A stretch of 64,000 nucleotides of DNA from Chiloscyllium plagiosum (GCF_004010195.1 NC_057755.1:1353306-1417305), one strand, 5' to 3'; positions 33,185 to 47,890 are shown, counted from the first letter of the stretch. Numbers and translations are program-made. The notes: generated by a model not told the origin, from the sequence alone.

Positions 33185-34910
33185 AAGGTCAGAGAGATGT
33201 ACAACATGGAAACAGACCCTTTATTTCAACTTGTCCATGCTGACCAGATAGCCGAACCTAAACTAGTCCCATTTGCCAGCACTTGGTCCATATACCTCTT
33301 AATCCTTCCTATCCATACACTCAGATGCCTTTTAAATGTTGTAATTGCACCAGCTTCCACCACTTCTTCTGGCAGCTAATTCCATACACGCACCCACCTC
33401 TGTGTGAAAAGTTGCCCCTTTTAAATCTTTCCCCTCTCACCATAAACCTGTGCCCTCTAGTTCTGGGTTCCCCTGACCCACGTAAAAGACTTTGTCTATT
33501 TATCCAATCCATCCTCCTCTTGATTTTGTAAACATCTATAACGTCACCCCACATCCTCTGATGCTCCAGGGAAAACAACCCCAGCTTATTCAGCCTCTCC
33601 CTATAGCTGAAATCCTCCAGACCTGGGAACATCCTTGTAAATCTTTTCTGAACCCTTCCACATTTCCCCCCTAAAGGGGGAGAGCAGAATTTCATACTGT
33701 AGTCCAATGTCCTAACCAATGTCCTGTATAGCTGCAACATGACCTCCCAACCCCTGCACTCAGTGCTCTGATCAATAAAGGAACGCATACCAAATGCTTT
33801 CTTCACTATCCTAGTTACCAGAGACTCTACTTTTAAGGAGCTATGGACCTGCAGTCCAAGGTCTCTTTGTTCAGCAACATGTCCCGGAACCTTACTACTA
33901 AGTGTATAAGTCCTGTCCTGATTTGCCTTTTCAAAGTTCAGCACTCACATTTATCTAAGTTAAATTCCAACTACCACTCCTGAGCCCATTGGCCAATTTG
34001 ATCAAAATCCTGTTGTACTCTGAGGTAACCTTCTTTGCTGTCCTCTACACCTTGAATTTTGTTGTCATCTGCAAACTTACTAACTATCCCTCTTGTGTTC
34101 ACATCTAAATCATTTATATAAATGACAAAAAAGTAATGGACCCAGCACCGATCCTTGTGGCACACCGCTGACCATAGGCCTCCTGTCTAAAAAACAAACC
34201 TCCACCACCACCCCCGGTCTTTTACCTTCGAGTCAATTCTGTATCAAAATGGCTGGTTCTCCCTGTATTCCATGTGATCTAACCTTACTAATCAGTCTAC
34301 CATGAGGAATCTTGTCGAACGCCTTACTGATATCCATACAGATCATGTCCACTGCTCTGCACTCATAAATGCTCTTTGTTACTTATTCAAAAAACTCAAT
34401 GAAGTTTGTGAGACATGATTTCCTGTGTGCACAGCCATGTTGATTATCCCTAATCAGTCCTTGCCTTTCCAAATATATATAAATCCTGTTCCTCAAAATT
34501 CCCTCCAACAACTTGCCCACCACCAATGTCAGGCTCACTCATCTATAGTTCGCAGCTTGTCCTTACCACTATCTTAAATAGTGGCATCACCTTAGTCAAC
34601 CACCAGACTTCCAGCACCTCAACTGCGCCTTTTGATGACCTAAATATCTCAGCAAGGGACTCAGGAATCAGTTTCATAGCTTTCCACAGAGATCTAGGAA
34701 ACACCTTATCAGGTTACGGGGATTTAACAACATTTATGATTTTTAAGACCTCTAGCATCTCTTCCTCTGTAATATGGTAATTTTTCAAGATGGCACCATC
34801 CGTCTCGCCACATTCTATATCTTCTGTGTCCTTATCCACAGTAAACACTGATGCAAAGTAGTCATTTAGTATCTACCCCTTATCCTGCAGTTCCATGCAC
34901 AGGCTGCCTT
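33185..34910 (-). mobile_element. CR1 LINE RT fragment
   Basis: YINDLDV..SKFADDNK, LYRTLVR, RVQKRFTRMFPG. Confidence 0.9.
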
Positions 34911-35819
34911 GCTGATAATTAAGGGTCCCGAATCTCTAAGAGAAAGTGAGATCTTAAGATGCTGGAAATCAGAGTCAAGAGTGTGGTGCTGGAAAAGCAC
35001 AGCAAGCCAGGCAGCAAATGAGGAGCAGGAGAATCGACGTTTCGATCAGGCAAGAGGCTTGTGGGCTGGGGTCTCCGAGATAAATGGGAGTGAGGTGGTA
35101 ATGAGGGAAAGGTAGCTGGGAATGTAATAGGTAGATGAAGATGGGGGTGAAGGTGATAGTTCAGAGAGGAGAGTGGAGTGGATAGATGGGAAAGACGATG
35201 CACGGGTCAAGAGACAGCGTATGCAAGAGGGTCAGAGATAGAGAGAGAAGGAGAGAGAGAGAGGGGGAACGTGTACAAGAGAGCCAGAAGATCACAGAGC
35301 GAGGCAGCGCACATGAGAGAGTCAGACAGTGTGCGAGTGTCAGAAAAACAAAGAGAAAAAAAGCATTTTAGTATTAACACTATTATTATAATAATAATGA
35401 TGTAAAAATCAGATATCCAGATATCACATAACAACAGGCGTAACTGGAGATGAGAGTCGAAAAGTGTGGTGCTGGAAAAGCATTGCAGATCAGGCAGCAT
35501 CCGCGGAGCAGGAGAATCGACGTTTTGGGCATATGCTCTTCATCAGGAAAGTGGGGGTGGGCGGCAGGACAGGGACCGAGGGATAAATAGAAGCCATAGC
35601 CGAAGACACCACGAGCACCACATGCAACTTCACCCCTGCTCCCGCAGATGACAATGAACACAGCACTAATGCCTCCCCCCACCGACCACCACGGTATAAC
35701 TGGAGTTGGACATTTGCTCCCTCAGCTTGCTTTACTATTTAATGTGATTGTGGCTGACCAGTTTGTGTTTTGAACTCTACATTCCCATTTACCCGCAGTA
35801 ACTTAGATACTTGTTATTG

Positions 35820-38180
35820 CAAGGTTTGTGAAGGTTTGTAGCTCAGGTTGAGGTTTAGGGTGTAGGTTTGCTCGCTGAGCTGTAGGTTTGATATCCAGAG
35901 GTTTCATTACCTGGCTCGGTAACATCATCAGTGGTGTTCTCCAAGTGAAGCGAAGCTGTTGTCTCCTGCTTTCTATTTATATCTTTCTCGTGGATGGGGT
36001 TCCTGGGGTTTGTGGTGATGGCATTTCTTGTTCGTTTTCTGAGAGGTTGATAGATGACAACTAGATCTATGTGCTTGTTTATGGCGTTGTGGTTGGAGTG
36101 CCAGGCCTCTAGGAATTCTCTGGCATGTCTTTGCTTAGCCTGTCCCAGGATAGATGTGTTGTCCACTCGAAATGGTGTTTTTTTACATCCGTGTGTAGGG
36201 CTACGAGGGAGAGAGGGCTAGCTGGTGTTCGTGGTTCCTTGTGGCTAACTTTCTTCCTGTTTGTCCTACGTAGTGTTTGTGGCACTCCTTGCATGGAATT
36301 TTGTAGATGACGTTGGTTTTGTCCATGGGTTGTCCTGGGTCTTTTCAGTTTGTTAGTTTTTGTTTGAGAGTGTTGGTGGGTTTGTGTGCGACAAAGATTC
36401 CGAGGGGTCTTAGTAGTCTGGCTGTCATTTCTTTGATGTATGGTAAGATGGTTAGGGTTTCTGGCTGTGAGATCATTGCTTTGTCTTCCTCTATTTTGAT
36501 GTTTTTGATGATTTTTAGGAATTTTTAGGAAACAAAATTACATATCTCCTAAGAAAAGTGTACAATTCCAGACAATTAAACAAGACGGAATTGCAGAAAA
36601 TGAAACCCGACTGGACCAACACCCCACGATTCTACGGACTACCAAAAATCCATAAACCAGGAGACCCCTCAGACCAATAGTCTCACTAACCGGAATACCA
36701 ACTTACAGATTGGCCAAAGAACTACACGCAAGACTGAAATACCTAGTAGAAGAGTCAAAGCACTCCATCCACTCCACCCAGGAATTCCTAAAATTCATCA
36801 AAAACATCAAAATAGAGGAAGACGAAACAATGATCTCATTCGACGTAACAGTACAGTTCACCTCAATCAACATCGATCTGGCAAAGCAAACACTTACCAC
36901 ACTTTTAGAAGAGACCATCTCACACACACACACCAACCACAATCAATCACATTACCAACGAAACCATCATGAAGCTAGTGGACTTGTGTCTCACCACCCA
37001 CTTCAGTTTCAACAACATAGTCTCCAAACAAACCAACGGCACACCCATGGGAGCCCCGCTATCAGGATTCATAGCAGAAGCAGTAATGCAAACAGCCGTA
37101 CCAACCATCAAACCAAAAATCTGGGTCCACTACATAGATGACACCTTTGTCATCACAAAACGAAACAAGATAGAAGAGACATTTAACATCATCAACAACA
37201 CCCTCACAGGCATCAAGTTCACCAAGGAGGAAGAAACTGACAACAAACTCGCATTCCTGGACGTCACAGTCGAAAGAAAGGACAACAGAGAACTACAAAC
37301 CTGCGTATACAGAAAACCGACAAACACGGACCAAGTACTTAACTACACCAGCAACCATCCCAACACACACAAACAAAGCTGTATCAGAACACTATTCCAA
37401 CGAGCCCCCACACACTGCAGCACAGACGAACTTTGGAAAACAGAGGAGAACCACCTATACAACGTATTCAAGAAGAACGGATACTCAAAAAATGCAGTGT
37501 ACAGATTCCTCAAGAACAAACCACGACAAGCAGACCAAACACGGCCAGAAACCCTAACCATCTTACCATACATCAAAGAAGTTTCAGAAATGACAAGCAG
37601 ACTACTAAGACCCCTCGGAATCTTTGTCGCACACAAACCCACCAACACTCTCAAACAAAAACTAACAAACTTAAAAGACCCAGGACAACCCATGGACAAA
37701 ACCAACGTCATCTACAAAATTCCATGCATGGACTGCCACAAACGCTACGTAGGACAAACAGGAAGAAAGTTAGCCACCAGGATCCACGAAAACCAGCTAG
37801 CCACAAAAAGACACGACCCTCTCTCCCTTGTAACCCGACACACGGATGAAAAAAAAACACCAATTCGAGTGGGACAACACATCTATCCTGGGACAGGCTA
37901 AGCAAAGACATGCCAGAGGATTCCTAGAGGCTTGGCACTCCAACCACAACGCCATAAACAAACACATAGATCTGGTTGCCATCTATCAACCCCTCAGAAA
38001 ACGAACAGGAAATGACATCACCACAAACCCCAGGAACCCCATCCATGAAAAAGATATAAATAGAAAGCGGGACACAACAGCTTCGCTTCACTCAGAGGTC
38101 GCCACTGATGATGTTACCTAGCGAGGTAATGAAACGTTTGAATATCAAACCTACAGCTCAGCGAGCAAACCTACACCCTA
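35820..38180 (+). mobile_element. Penelope-like element, 5'-truncated RT + GIY-YIG, with an inverted 3' copy (35820-36470) upstream
   Basis: ORFs 36710-37141 and 36969-37901: SFDVT..FTSI, QTNGTPMGAPLS, WVHYIDDTF, NVIYKIPCMDCHKRYVGQTGRKL; frameshifted. Confidence 0.93.
38105..38138 (+). ncRNA. Minimal hammerhead motif in Penelope 3' terminus
   Basis: CTGATGA-T-GTTACCT(AGCG)AGGTAAT-GAAAC-GTT; a mirror copy is on the minus strand at ~35898-35931. Confidence 0.65.
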
Positions 38181-38469
38181 ATCCTTGTTACTCAAAGGAA
38201 AATAACTAACTGTGACTTTAAAATAGTCAATGACCCCAACCTTTCTGGGATAGAGAGTTCCAAATTCACACCATCCACAAAAGAACTTCTCCTCATCTCT
38301 ATCCTAAAAGGGCAGCCCCTCGTTTTAAAAAAAGTGCCCCATCGTCCTGAACTCGCCCACAAGAACCACGATCCATTTAACATCCACTTCATCAAGGCCC
38401 TTAAGGCCTTTATACATTTTGATCAAGTCACTCATAAACCTGTCTGAACCCCAATGGAAGTTAGCCCAA

Positions 38470-38864
38470 ACTATTGATTCAAAGTATTAATCTAGTAAGC
38501 CTCGAGCAGGAATTTATAAACAGCAGTTTGTTCCATCAAAACATTGCAGAGGGGCCTTGGGGCCAGAAAAGGTTTAGACACAAGGACATGAAGGACATTG
38601 ATAAGAAATGAGGCAAAACAATAACGGTCTAAATGATTCTTGACTGAGTGAAAAAGACATGCATGTCATTAATGTATGATCTGGAACAGAAATCTCTTTT
38701 CTTCTGTTTGTATGAAGCAAGATTAGATGCTTCTGGTATAAAAGGTCCTCAATTTTTCTGTATTCTCCAGTATCTTACTCTGGAGTTGCGCTCCCTGCGT
38801 TGCTTGAATAATACAACTGTAATCCTGTACTCAATCTCCAGTGGTCTATTAAGTTACTGCAACA
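38470..38864 (+). mobile_element. Possible ERV-type solo LTR
   Basis: TATAAAA at ~38737, polyA-like signal, ends tgcaaca; interrupts a decayed LINE; 5' end unclear. Confidence 0.35.
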
Positions 38865-40330
38865 GAGAACAAAATTATACAAAGTATCCGAGATGTGATT
38901 TCACAGGCCCTGTATAACTGAAGCATAACATTCTTACATTTCCATTCAATTCCACTTGTAGCAAAGGATAGTTCCTCTTCCTTTTAAGTAAGATACTGCA
39001 GCTGTAACTCATGTACTAGAACACCAAAATCCGTCAACACCTCAGAACTCCTGAGTCATTCTGCCTTTAAAGGAAAATGATGTTTAACCAACATATTAGA
39101 CTTCATCGAAGGATTATTATTTGCTTTGGATAAGGGGAGTCAGTGCACTTACTATTACTGTGTTTGATATCTCTAGGGTTTCCTGCCTCCCGCCAACCTT
39201 GAACAGAGGAATTATATTGGCAGATTTCAAGACGAATGAAACCACTCTTGAATCTTTAGAAATTTGGAAATTCGGAAATTCATGTCAATATGTCTCCGAC
39301 CTCATTAGCAATCTCCTTCAAGGCCCTGTGATGGAGTCCACCTGGAGCTGGAGACTGGTCAGTCCCTTATTTCATCAGTTTACTGAGTAACGTATCCTTA
39401 GAGAATCTAATCTCACTATGTTTCTCCCTCTCACATCTTGATTTTGTTTTATCTTCTACAGTGACAGAGAAGCAAAATATATGTTCATTTCATTAGTCAT
39501 ATCTTCAATACCTATCATTTACTCTATGTTCTTACTCTCAAGAGGACTAACATTTACTTTTTGTACACATTTTATTTAGATAATCCTTTGGAAACTCTTG
39601 CTTTGTTGTTTTCAGATTTCAAGCTTGCTTCTTCTCATATTCTAATGTCATCCTCCTGATTAACCTTTGAAGCATTCTCTGCCATTCTTTATTTTTAGAT
39701 CAATCATCTGACTTACTTTCACCCTTTCAATTGCATCAAATTGGATGATTTCTCTCACTTCTTTAGCTAATCACAGATAGAGAGTCCTCCATCTAAAATG
39801 TTTTGCTTTTGTTTGAATAGACTTATTTTGAAGTATCCTCTTAAATGTCACTACTATTAACATAAATCTATCTCCTTGCTTATTATGCTATTCTCTTCAG
39901 CGAGCTTAGCTTTCATACGCACAATTTATTTAAAATTAAAATAGTTGTCTTGGACACAATCTTCTCTCTTTCAAATCTGATGCAAAATTAAATCATGCTG
40001 TGATTGCTGCAACCTGGGAGTGTCTTTACTCGGAGATTGTTTCACAAATCCTGTCACATTCACAATTCCCATGATATGATAAACGTATAACCTGCTGCCT
40101 GATTGCTACTAAACATGCAGCTCGAAGAAATTCTCTCAAAAGTAATCGATAACTTATCATCCAGGCTACTACTGCTAAACTGATTTGCACACTTTATATA
40201 TAAATTCAGGTCAATAATGATTATTGCCGTCCCATCATCACAAGCACCGAACATTTAATCTTGTCTACCTTGTCCTACACGGTGATCACCATTAGGGGGC
40301 CTGTAGACCATGCCTATGAATTACTGCTTT
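38865..40330 (-). mobile_element. Old, heavily decayed CR1-like LINE
   Basis: Faint remnants (GRDDGTAIIIIDLN, SPGPDG-like segment). Confidence 0.5.
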
Positions 40331-40609
40331 CCTCTAAGAGTCCTCGTGCCATAATGATTCACCTCAATGTGTGTTCGGAATTTGTTCACTTTGTTACGAA
40401 AGACATGGAGCTTTCACTTTTCTCTTTGTTTACTTTGTGACGTTAATTTTGATGGTTGCTGTATTCCTAGCTTTCTTTTATTTCTCTGTCCCTTACTGCA
40501 ATTCTCTAACTCTCATTTCTCATGTTATCATTTTCCTTTCAACTTTTTTTTGATAAATCACCTCTTTCCATCTTGGAATCCCTTGCACCCATTATTGAGT
40601 GTGGGTGGA

Positions 40610-40880
40610 AGGTCGCCCAATGGTTAGCATTGCTGCCTCACAGCACCAAGGACCCTGGTTCAATTTCAGCCTCGGGTGCCTGCCTGTGGGAATTTGCGCA
40701 TTCTCCCCACGTCTGCGTGCATTTCTTCCGGGTGCATTCGGTTTCCAAACATGTGCGGTTAGGCGAATTGGCAATGCTAAATTGCCCATAGTGTTCAGGG
40801 ACGTGCCGGTTAGGGGAATTGTAGAGTCGTAAGGTAGGGGAATGGGTTTAGGATGGTATATCTTCGGCGGGTCGGTGTGG
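40610..40880 (+). mobile_element. tRNA-derived SINE
   Basis: tggttagcattgctgcctcacagcaccaaggaccctggttcaatttc. Confidence 0.8.
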
Positions 40881-41357
40881 TCTTGATGTTCTGTTGCATA
40901 TCTCCAAGTTTCAGATTGGGGCTGAATTACTGTCACAATGGGGAAATGTCTCAAAAGCTGTTTACTGTCCTGCATTAATACATCATCAAAACATGAATTC
41001 CCTTGGAAGATAGGAAATGGAGACAGCTCGTTGAAGGTGTCTGTATCGCTATATGAAGGTCTGTCTGAGTATGTGTTTCCGTGTGTCTGTATGTGTCTGT
41101 TCGTGTGCGATTCAGTATGTGCATTCAATGTTAAATATTTTCAACCTGTATTGATGCTGCCAGTCGTTTTTGCGTTTTCTTATTTATAAAGTCAATGTCA
41201 GTGTTGTGCTAACATAAAATGTTGGCTGTGGACAATTCTAAGATGTCTGCCGGACTCATTTGGGTCAGGAATGCTTTCAGCAAGGGAGAGGGGGCAATGT
41301 GTTCACTTTGTGACTCACTCACCATTACATGTCATTCTACACAAAAATTTTCACACA

Positions 41358-41660
41358 TCCCTCGATTAGATTCCAGTCTGTAACTCACTCCGGGGTATCT
41401 GTTATTGTGTATATAAACCACCCTGAAAGCCTTGATTAGATTTTTGTCTGTAACTCACTCTGGTGTATCTGTTTATTTCAATATAAAAACCACCCTGAAC
41501 CCCTTGATTAGATTCCATTGTGTAACTGACTCCGGGGTATCTGTTATTCTGCATATAAACCAACCCTGAACCCTTGATTAGATTCCAGTCTGTAACTTAC
41601 TCCGGAGTATCTGTTATTCTGTATATAAACCACCCTGAACCACTTGATTCGATTCCACTC
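41358..41660 (+). repeat. Minisatellite, ~70-bp unit, ~4.3 copies
   Basis: cttgattagattccagtctgtaactcactccggggtatctgttattctgtatataaaccaccctgaa recurs at 41361, 41431, 41503, 41573, 41643. Confidence 0.93.
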
Positions 41661-42798
41661 CCTGTCATGTTAAGCTCATGTCCCCAACACAATCTAATCT
41701 CAATTATGCTCAATGTATCACTTGTCCTCCTATCTGCTGGCACTACCATCATGTTAACTTTCTGATGTTTACGTACAAGATCAGCGAAAACTTTGGACAA
41801 CAAAGTTTCAGAATTTCTCACCATATTGCACAAACATTCTGTTTTTTCTATTCTTCCTGCACATCACATTCCAGCATATTCTATTCCACCTGCCAATGTT
41901 TTGAATATAATTCACAAAACACTGACAGCAAAGTAGATGACATGATGGAATGTAGCAAACTCTGTTACACTCAGTACCTTCATGTTGCAGTGTAATAATA
42001 TAGTCAGAAACCTTCCCTCCCTCAGAGACAAAACGTACCTGGCTCTGGAAATGGGAAATGGGTAGGATTTTAGTCTGCCACTGTGTTAGTTTAGAAATCT
42101 GTGCTACACATGGACACTTCTTCACAATATTTTCCATCTGCCTATGACTTGCTCACTCAGTGAAGCTGGCCATTGCGGGTCACAGCGTCTTTGGTCGTCC
42201 CCACAGCTTTCTCTCGCACCCAATGAGGGTCGTGTCAGTGTGTAGCAGAGGCTGACAAAAGAACAGACAGCATCAAACAAAGAACTTGATGTTGAATTTG
42301 TAGAAGAGTTCAGTACCTTTTGAGAATGTTGAGCCACTGATATATTGACCCGGTTGTACTGTGTGTGTGTGTGTGTGTGTGTGTGTTTGTGTGTCTGTGC
42401 ACATGTGTCGCTGCATGTGTGTCGCTGCGCTGTGTCTGTATGCAGATGATAGACAAATGTCAATGGCGTAATAAACTTGAGGAGGATTTAAGCAGACGCT
42501 GTTTACTGTCATTGGCAAGGTGCCTGCAGATGAAGGTGGTCCACAGGATTGCTGATGTCATCTCAGTAAAAGACTCAGTGAAACTTCCTTACTGTTCTTG
42601 GCCAATTGATATGAAGGACAGAATTCCTGTGAAATAGGCAGGTGAGTGCTGAGTGCTTTCTGTTTGTCATAAAGAACAAAGCGGTCAACCAATGTGCAAG
42701 TGCAGACACACACACACACAGACAGACACACACACAGACACACACACACAGCTATGGAATGCGTAAATATATTGGAGGGATATTGGCTTTATATTAAT

Positions 42799-43005
42799 CC
42801 CTGTGCTGTTACTGTCCCAGCAGTGTTTGATGGGACAATGGAGAGGGAGGTTTACTCTGTATCTAACTCTGTGCTGTCACTATCCTGGGAGTGTTTGATG
42901 GGGCAGTGGAGAGAGAGGTTTACTCTGTATCTAACTCTGTGCTGTCACTGTCCTGGGAGTGTTTGATGGGGCAGTGGAGAGGGAGATTTACTCTGTATCT
43001 AACTC
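42799..43005 (+). repeat. Minisatellite, ~67-bp unit, 3 copies
   Basis: gtgtttgatggggcagtggagagggaggtttactctgtatctaactctgtgctgtcactgtcctgggag. Confidence 0.9.
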
Positions 43006-44629
43006 CATTCTCCCCAGACTCAGAGATTCAGATGGAGGAAGTATATGTGAATATTCATGGAGCTGCCCAAAGTGTGTTTGATGGGGACAGCGTTAGGGAG
43101 GTGGGTGATTTTATTAATACGCAAGGCCACACAGTTTTGCCCATTCACGCAGTCTATCATTCTTCCTTTCTAATTAATGGTAGGGACAGAGAATTTTAGT
43201 TGTTACTGGGGGATAAATGTTCATATTTTCAATCTGCATAGATGTTGCCAATCTCTCTTGCATTTCCCTATTTATAAAGTCAATGTCAGTGCACTCGTGT
43301 AAACCACATGCTTGTCGAATTATCACATTATTGAATTTTAATATACTGAAATTCCAATTGTTTTAAATTCAAGTGGTGTCAATGTTTCGACCCAATGATG
43401 AGTAGCATGTAAGCTATTACAAAAGCCAGTCTTGGTTACTGTTTCAGATGAACACTTGCCTCAAGTGGCTCTGTCATGCTAGCAGTATCTGTTAGTATAG
43501 AACACTAGGGTGTAAGTTAATGGCTGTGATATTATAAAATGGTTTTCTATGACTCATTATTCTTGGTAACTAAACTATCCACTATATGGATCTGCCAACA
43601 AGTTATACACAACCAACCAATTGCAAATAGAAGAACTTTGCTAATTGGCAATGCGTGTGTGAAGAGAATTACATACACTGTTTGGAAAGTAACATATATT
43701 TGCTATTTATTAGCCAGTAACAATTCGGGAAGTTCTGTTACAATACCATAACCTTCTATGATACATGTTTTATTCTTCTGAGCTTAGTTACGAGAATAAT
43801 TTTATTTGAATAATTGATCCACCTGCTCTGGAATGCTCCTGAGTATGAGTGTTTAATTTTAACTAGAGCATATTATTGACCTATGATCATTCATTATACA
43901 ACTTGCACAGTTTATTGAAATCTTATCCGTCAGTTCTTAACATCATTCCATGTATTGGTGTATCTGGCTGGTCCCATGCTTGCCTCAATTATTTGAGCTG
44001 TATTTGGACGTTGAGGACAACTGTGAACAGAGTTTCATAATATGGAGATCAAACCAGGCAAGTAAATAATAAATAATAATTACACAGGAACTATTAATAA
44101 TTATGAAATATATTTATACACCTCATAGCACTACTATCATTCTTTTTGGAATAATTGTACTCCTCAACAATATCAGTTTCGTGGGGTACGGAGAGACTCT
44201 GAGAAAGTCAGCCTCGGGGGGTGGGGAGGTGTTTGTCTGTTGTGTCGGAGACCTAGAAATATTTTGGACTCCTTGAAAGAATCAAAGAAGCTTTTATTTT
44301 AACACCTGCCATCTGCCCCATCTGCCCCAGGGTGTTTGATGTGGTCAGTGTGAGGAGACTAGAATTTATTTGTTTTTTGGTCCAATGAGAAGAAATTCTG
44401 TCTGAATTTTAAAACCTCCTTATTCGTGTTCTGACAGTGCTCAACGGGGACAGAGATGAGGGGATTTGACTTTTTTATTGTCTACTTTCTTTTTGAATGA
44501 ATAGAGGAAAGTTTAGTCTATAATTTTAATCCCTTGTTGTCCGTACCCTGAGGGATAGGGTCAAGGGAAAGTCATTCTTTATTTTCAGAATGGAACGACC
44601 TTTATTTTGTGTTCAAGAGAGTTGAAAGA

Positions 44630-47600
44630 CATAAAACATAGAATATAGAACATTACAGCGCAGTACAGGCCCTTCGGCCCTCGATGTTGCGTCGACCTGT
44701 CATGCCAATCGGAAACCCATCTAACCTACACTATTCCATGTACGTCCATATGCTTCCAATGACGACTTAAATGTACTGAAAGTTGGCGAATCTACTACCA
44801 TTGCAGGCAAAGCATTTCATTCCCTTACTACTCTCTGAGTAAAGAAATTACTTCTGACATCTGTCTGATATCTATCACCCCTCTATTAAAAGCTATGTCC
44901 CTCGTCACCATACTTGGAAAAAGGCTCTCCCTGTCCACCCTATCTAATCCTCTGATTATCTTATATGTCTCTATTAAGTCACCTCTCAAACCTTCTTCTC
45001 TCTAACGAAAACAGCCTCAAGTCCCTCAGCCTTTCCTCATAAGACCTTCCTTCCATACCAGGCAACATCCTAGTAAATCTTCTCTGCACACTTTCCAAAG
45101 GTTGCACATCCTTCTTATAATGCGGTGACCAGAACTGTACACAATACTCCAAGTGTGGCCACACCAGAGTTTTGTACAGCTGCAGGACATCCTCATGGTT
45201 CCCGAACTCGATCCCTCTTAATAAAAGCTAAAACACTGCATTGCCGTCTTAACAACCCTGTCAACCAGGGTGGCAACTTTCATCGATATGTGTACTTGGA
45301 CACCGAGATATCTCTGCTCATCTACACGACCAAGAATCTTACCATTAGCCCTGTACTTTGCATTCCGGTTACTCCGACCAAAGTGAATCACCTTACACTT
45401 GTCCGCATTAAACTCCATTTTCCACCTTTCAGCTCAGCTCTGCAGCTTATCTATGTCTCTCTGTAACCTACAACATCCTTCATCACTATCCACAACTCCA
45501 CTGACCTTAGTGTCATCTGCAAATTTACTAACCCACCCTTCTAGGCTCTCATCTAGGTCGTTTATAAAAATGACGACAGCAGTGGACCCAACACTGACCC
45601 TTGCGGTACACCACTGGTAACTGGACTCCAAGATGAACATTTCCCATCAACCACCAACCTCTGTCTTTTTTCAGTGAGTCAATTACTGATCCAAACTGCT
45701 ATATGTCCCACAATCCCAATCTTCCACATTTTGGACAATAGCCTACTGTGGGAAACCTTATCAAACGCCTTGCTGAAAACCATATACACCACATCAACCT
45801 GTTTACTCTCGTCTACCTGTTTGGTAACCTTCTCAAAGAACTCAATAAGGTTTGTGAGGCACGACCTACCCTTCACAAAACCGTGCTGACTGTCCCTAAT
45901 CAAATTATTCTTTTCTGGATGATTATAAATCCAATCTCTTATAAATTTTTCCAACACTTTGTCAACAACTGAAGTAAGGCTCATTGGTCAATAATTACCT
46001 GGGTTGTCTCTACTCCCCTTCTTGAACAGGGAACCACATTTGCTATCCTCCAGTCTTCTCGCACTCTTCCTGTAGACAATGACAAATGCTCGGCAATCTC
46101 CTCCCTGGCTTCCCAGAGGATCCTAGGATAAATCCCATCCGGCCCAGGGGACTTATCTATTTTCACATCTGCAGGATTTCTAATACCTCTTCCTTGTGAA
46201 CCTCAATCATACCTAGTCTAGTAGCTTGTATCTCAGTCGTCTCCACGACAACATTGTCGTTTTCTAGAGTGAATACTGTCGAAAAATATCCATTAAGTGC
46301 TTCCCCTATCTCCTCTGACTCAACACACAACTTCCCACTACTATCCATGATTGGCCCTAATCTTACTCTCGTCATTCTTTTATTCCTTAAAGCCGTTTAG
46401 AAAGCCTTAGGGTTTACCCTGATCCTATCCATCAACAACTTCTCATGTCTCCTCTTAGTTCTTCTGAGCTCTCTCTTTAGGTCTCTCCTGGCTACGTTGT
46501 AACCCTCAAGCACCCTAACTGAGCCTTCACATCTCATCCTAACATAAGCCTTCTTCTTCCTTTTGACCAGAGATTCTACTTCCTTCATAAACCATGGCTC
46601 CCGCGCTCTACAGTTTCCTCTCTGCCTGACAAGTACGTACTAATGTAGGACACACAGGGGCTTTTCTTTGAATGAGCTCCACATTTCTAATGTGTCCATC
46701 CCCTGCAGTTTCCTTCCCCATCCTATGCTACCTAAATCTTGCGTAATCGCATCGTAATTACCTTTCACCCAGCTGTAACTCTTGCCCAGTGGTATACACC
46801 TATCCCTTTCTATCACTAAAGTAAACATTACAGAATTGTGATCGCTATCACAAAAGTGCTCACCTACTTCGAAGTCTAACACCTGGCCGGTCTCATTACC
46901 CAATACCAAATTTAATGTGGCTTCACCCCTTGTTGGCCTATCTACATACTGTGTCAGGAAGCCCTCCCACACACACTGGACAAAAACTGAATCTTCAATA
47001 GTACTCGTACTATAGTGTTCCCAGTCAATATTTGAAAAGTTGAAGTCCCCAATGACAACTACCATGTCTCTCTCACTCCTATCGAGAATCATCTTTGATA
47101 TCCTTTTCTCTACATCTCTGGAAATATTCGTAGGCCTATAGAAAACTCGCAACAGGATGACCTCTCCTTTCCTGTTTCAAACCTAAGCCCATATTACCTC
47201 AGTTCACGAGTCCCCAAGCATCTTGTCTGCAACTGTAATACTGTCCTTGACCAACAATGGCACACCTCCACCCCCCCGCCCCCCCCCCCCCCCCCCCCCC
47301 CCGCCTTGGACCGCCAGATGTACCATCTCCTCTGTTCTTACTGAAACATCTAAATCCTGGAACCTGCAACAACCATTCCTATCCCTGCTCTATCCATGTC
47401 TCCGAAATGGCCACAACATCAAAGTCCCAGGTACCAACCCATGCTGCAGGTTCACCCACCTTATTCCGGATGCTCCTGGCGTTGAAGGAGACATGCTTCA
47501 AACCAACTTCTTGCTTGCCGGTGCCATCTTGCGTCCCTGAAACTTGATTTCGGACCTCCCTACTCTCAAACTTTTCTATACTCGAACTAGAATTTTGGTT

Positions 47601-47890
47601 CCCTTCCGCCTGCTGGATTAGTTTAAACGCACCCCAATAGCCTTAGCGAAATCCCCCCCCCCCCCCCCCCCCCCGGATATTGGTACCCCTCTGATTCAGA
47701 TGACGACTATCCTTTTTGTAGAGCTTCCACCTACGACAGAGCCCCAATTATTCAAGAATCCAAAACCCTCCCTCCTGCACCATCCCTGTAGCCACATGTT
47801 CAACTCCTCTGTCTCCCTATTCCTTGCCTCACTAGCACTTGCCATGGGGAACAAACCAGAGACAACAACTCTGTTCGTCCTAACTCCAAC
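44630..47890 (-). mobile_element. Long CR1 LINE (end of ORF1, APE endonuclease, RT), degraded
   Basis: VFYRPT..VVIGDFNF..IDW..SDHN (APE), [47 protein letters not shown]. Confidence 0.93.

Noticed and set aside
41358..41660. Regular repeats superficially like a CRISPR array
   Set aside because: No unique spacers; head-to-tail eukaryotic minisatellite.
43900..43970. NIIPCIGVS-like stretch as first exon of the GPCR pseudogene
   Set aside because: No canonical donor or start codon; similarity too weak.
47270..47305. Long poly-C runs (also ~47653-47675)
   Set aside because: Homopolymer expansions within a dead CR1, or sequencing artefacts.
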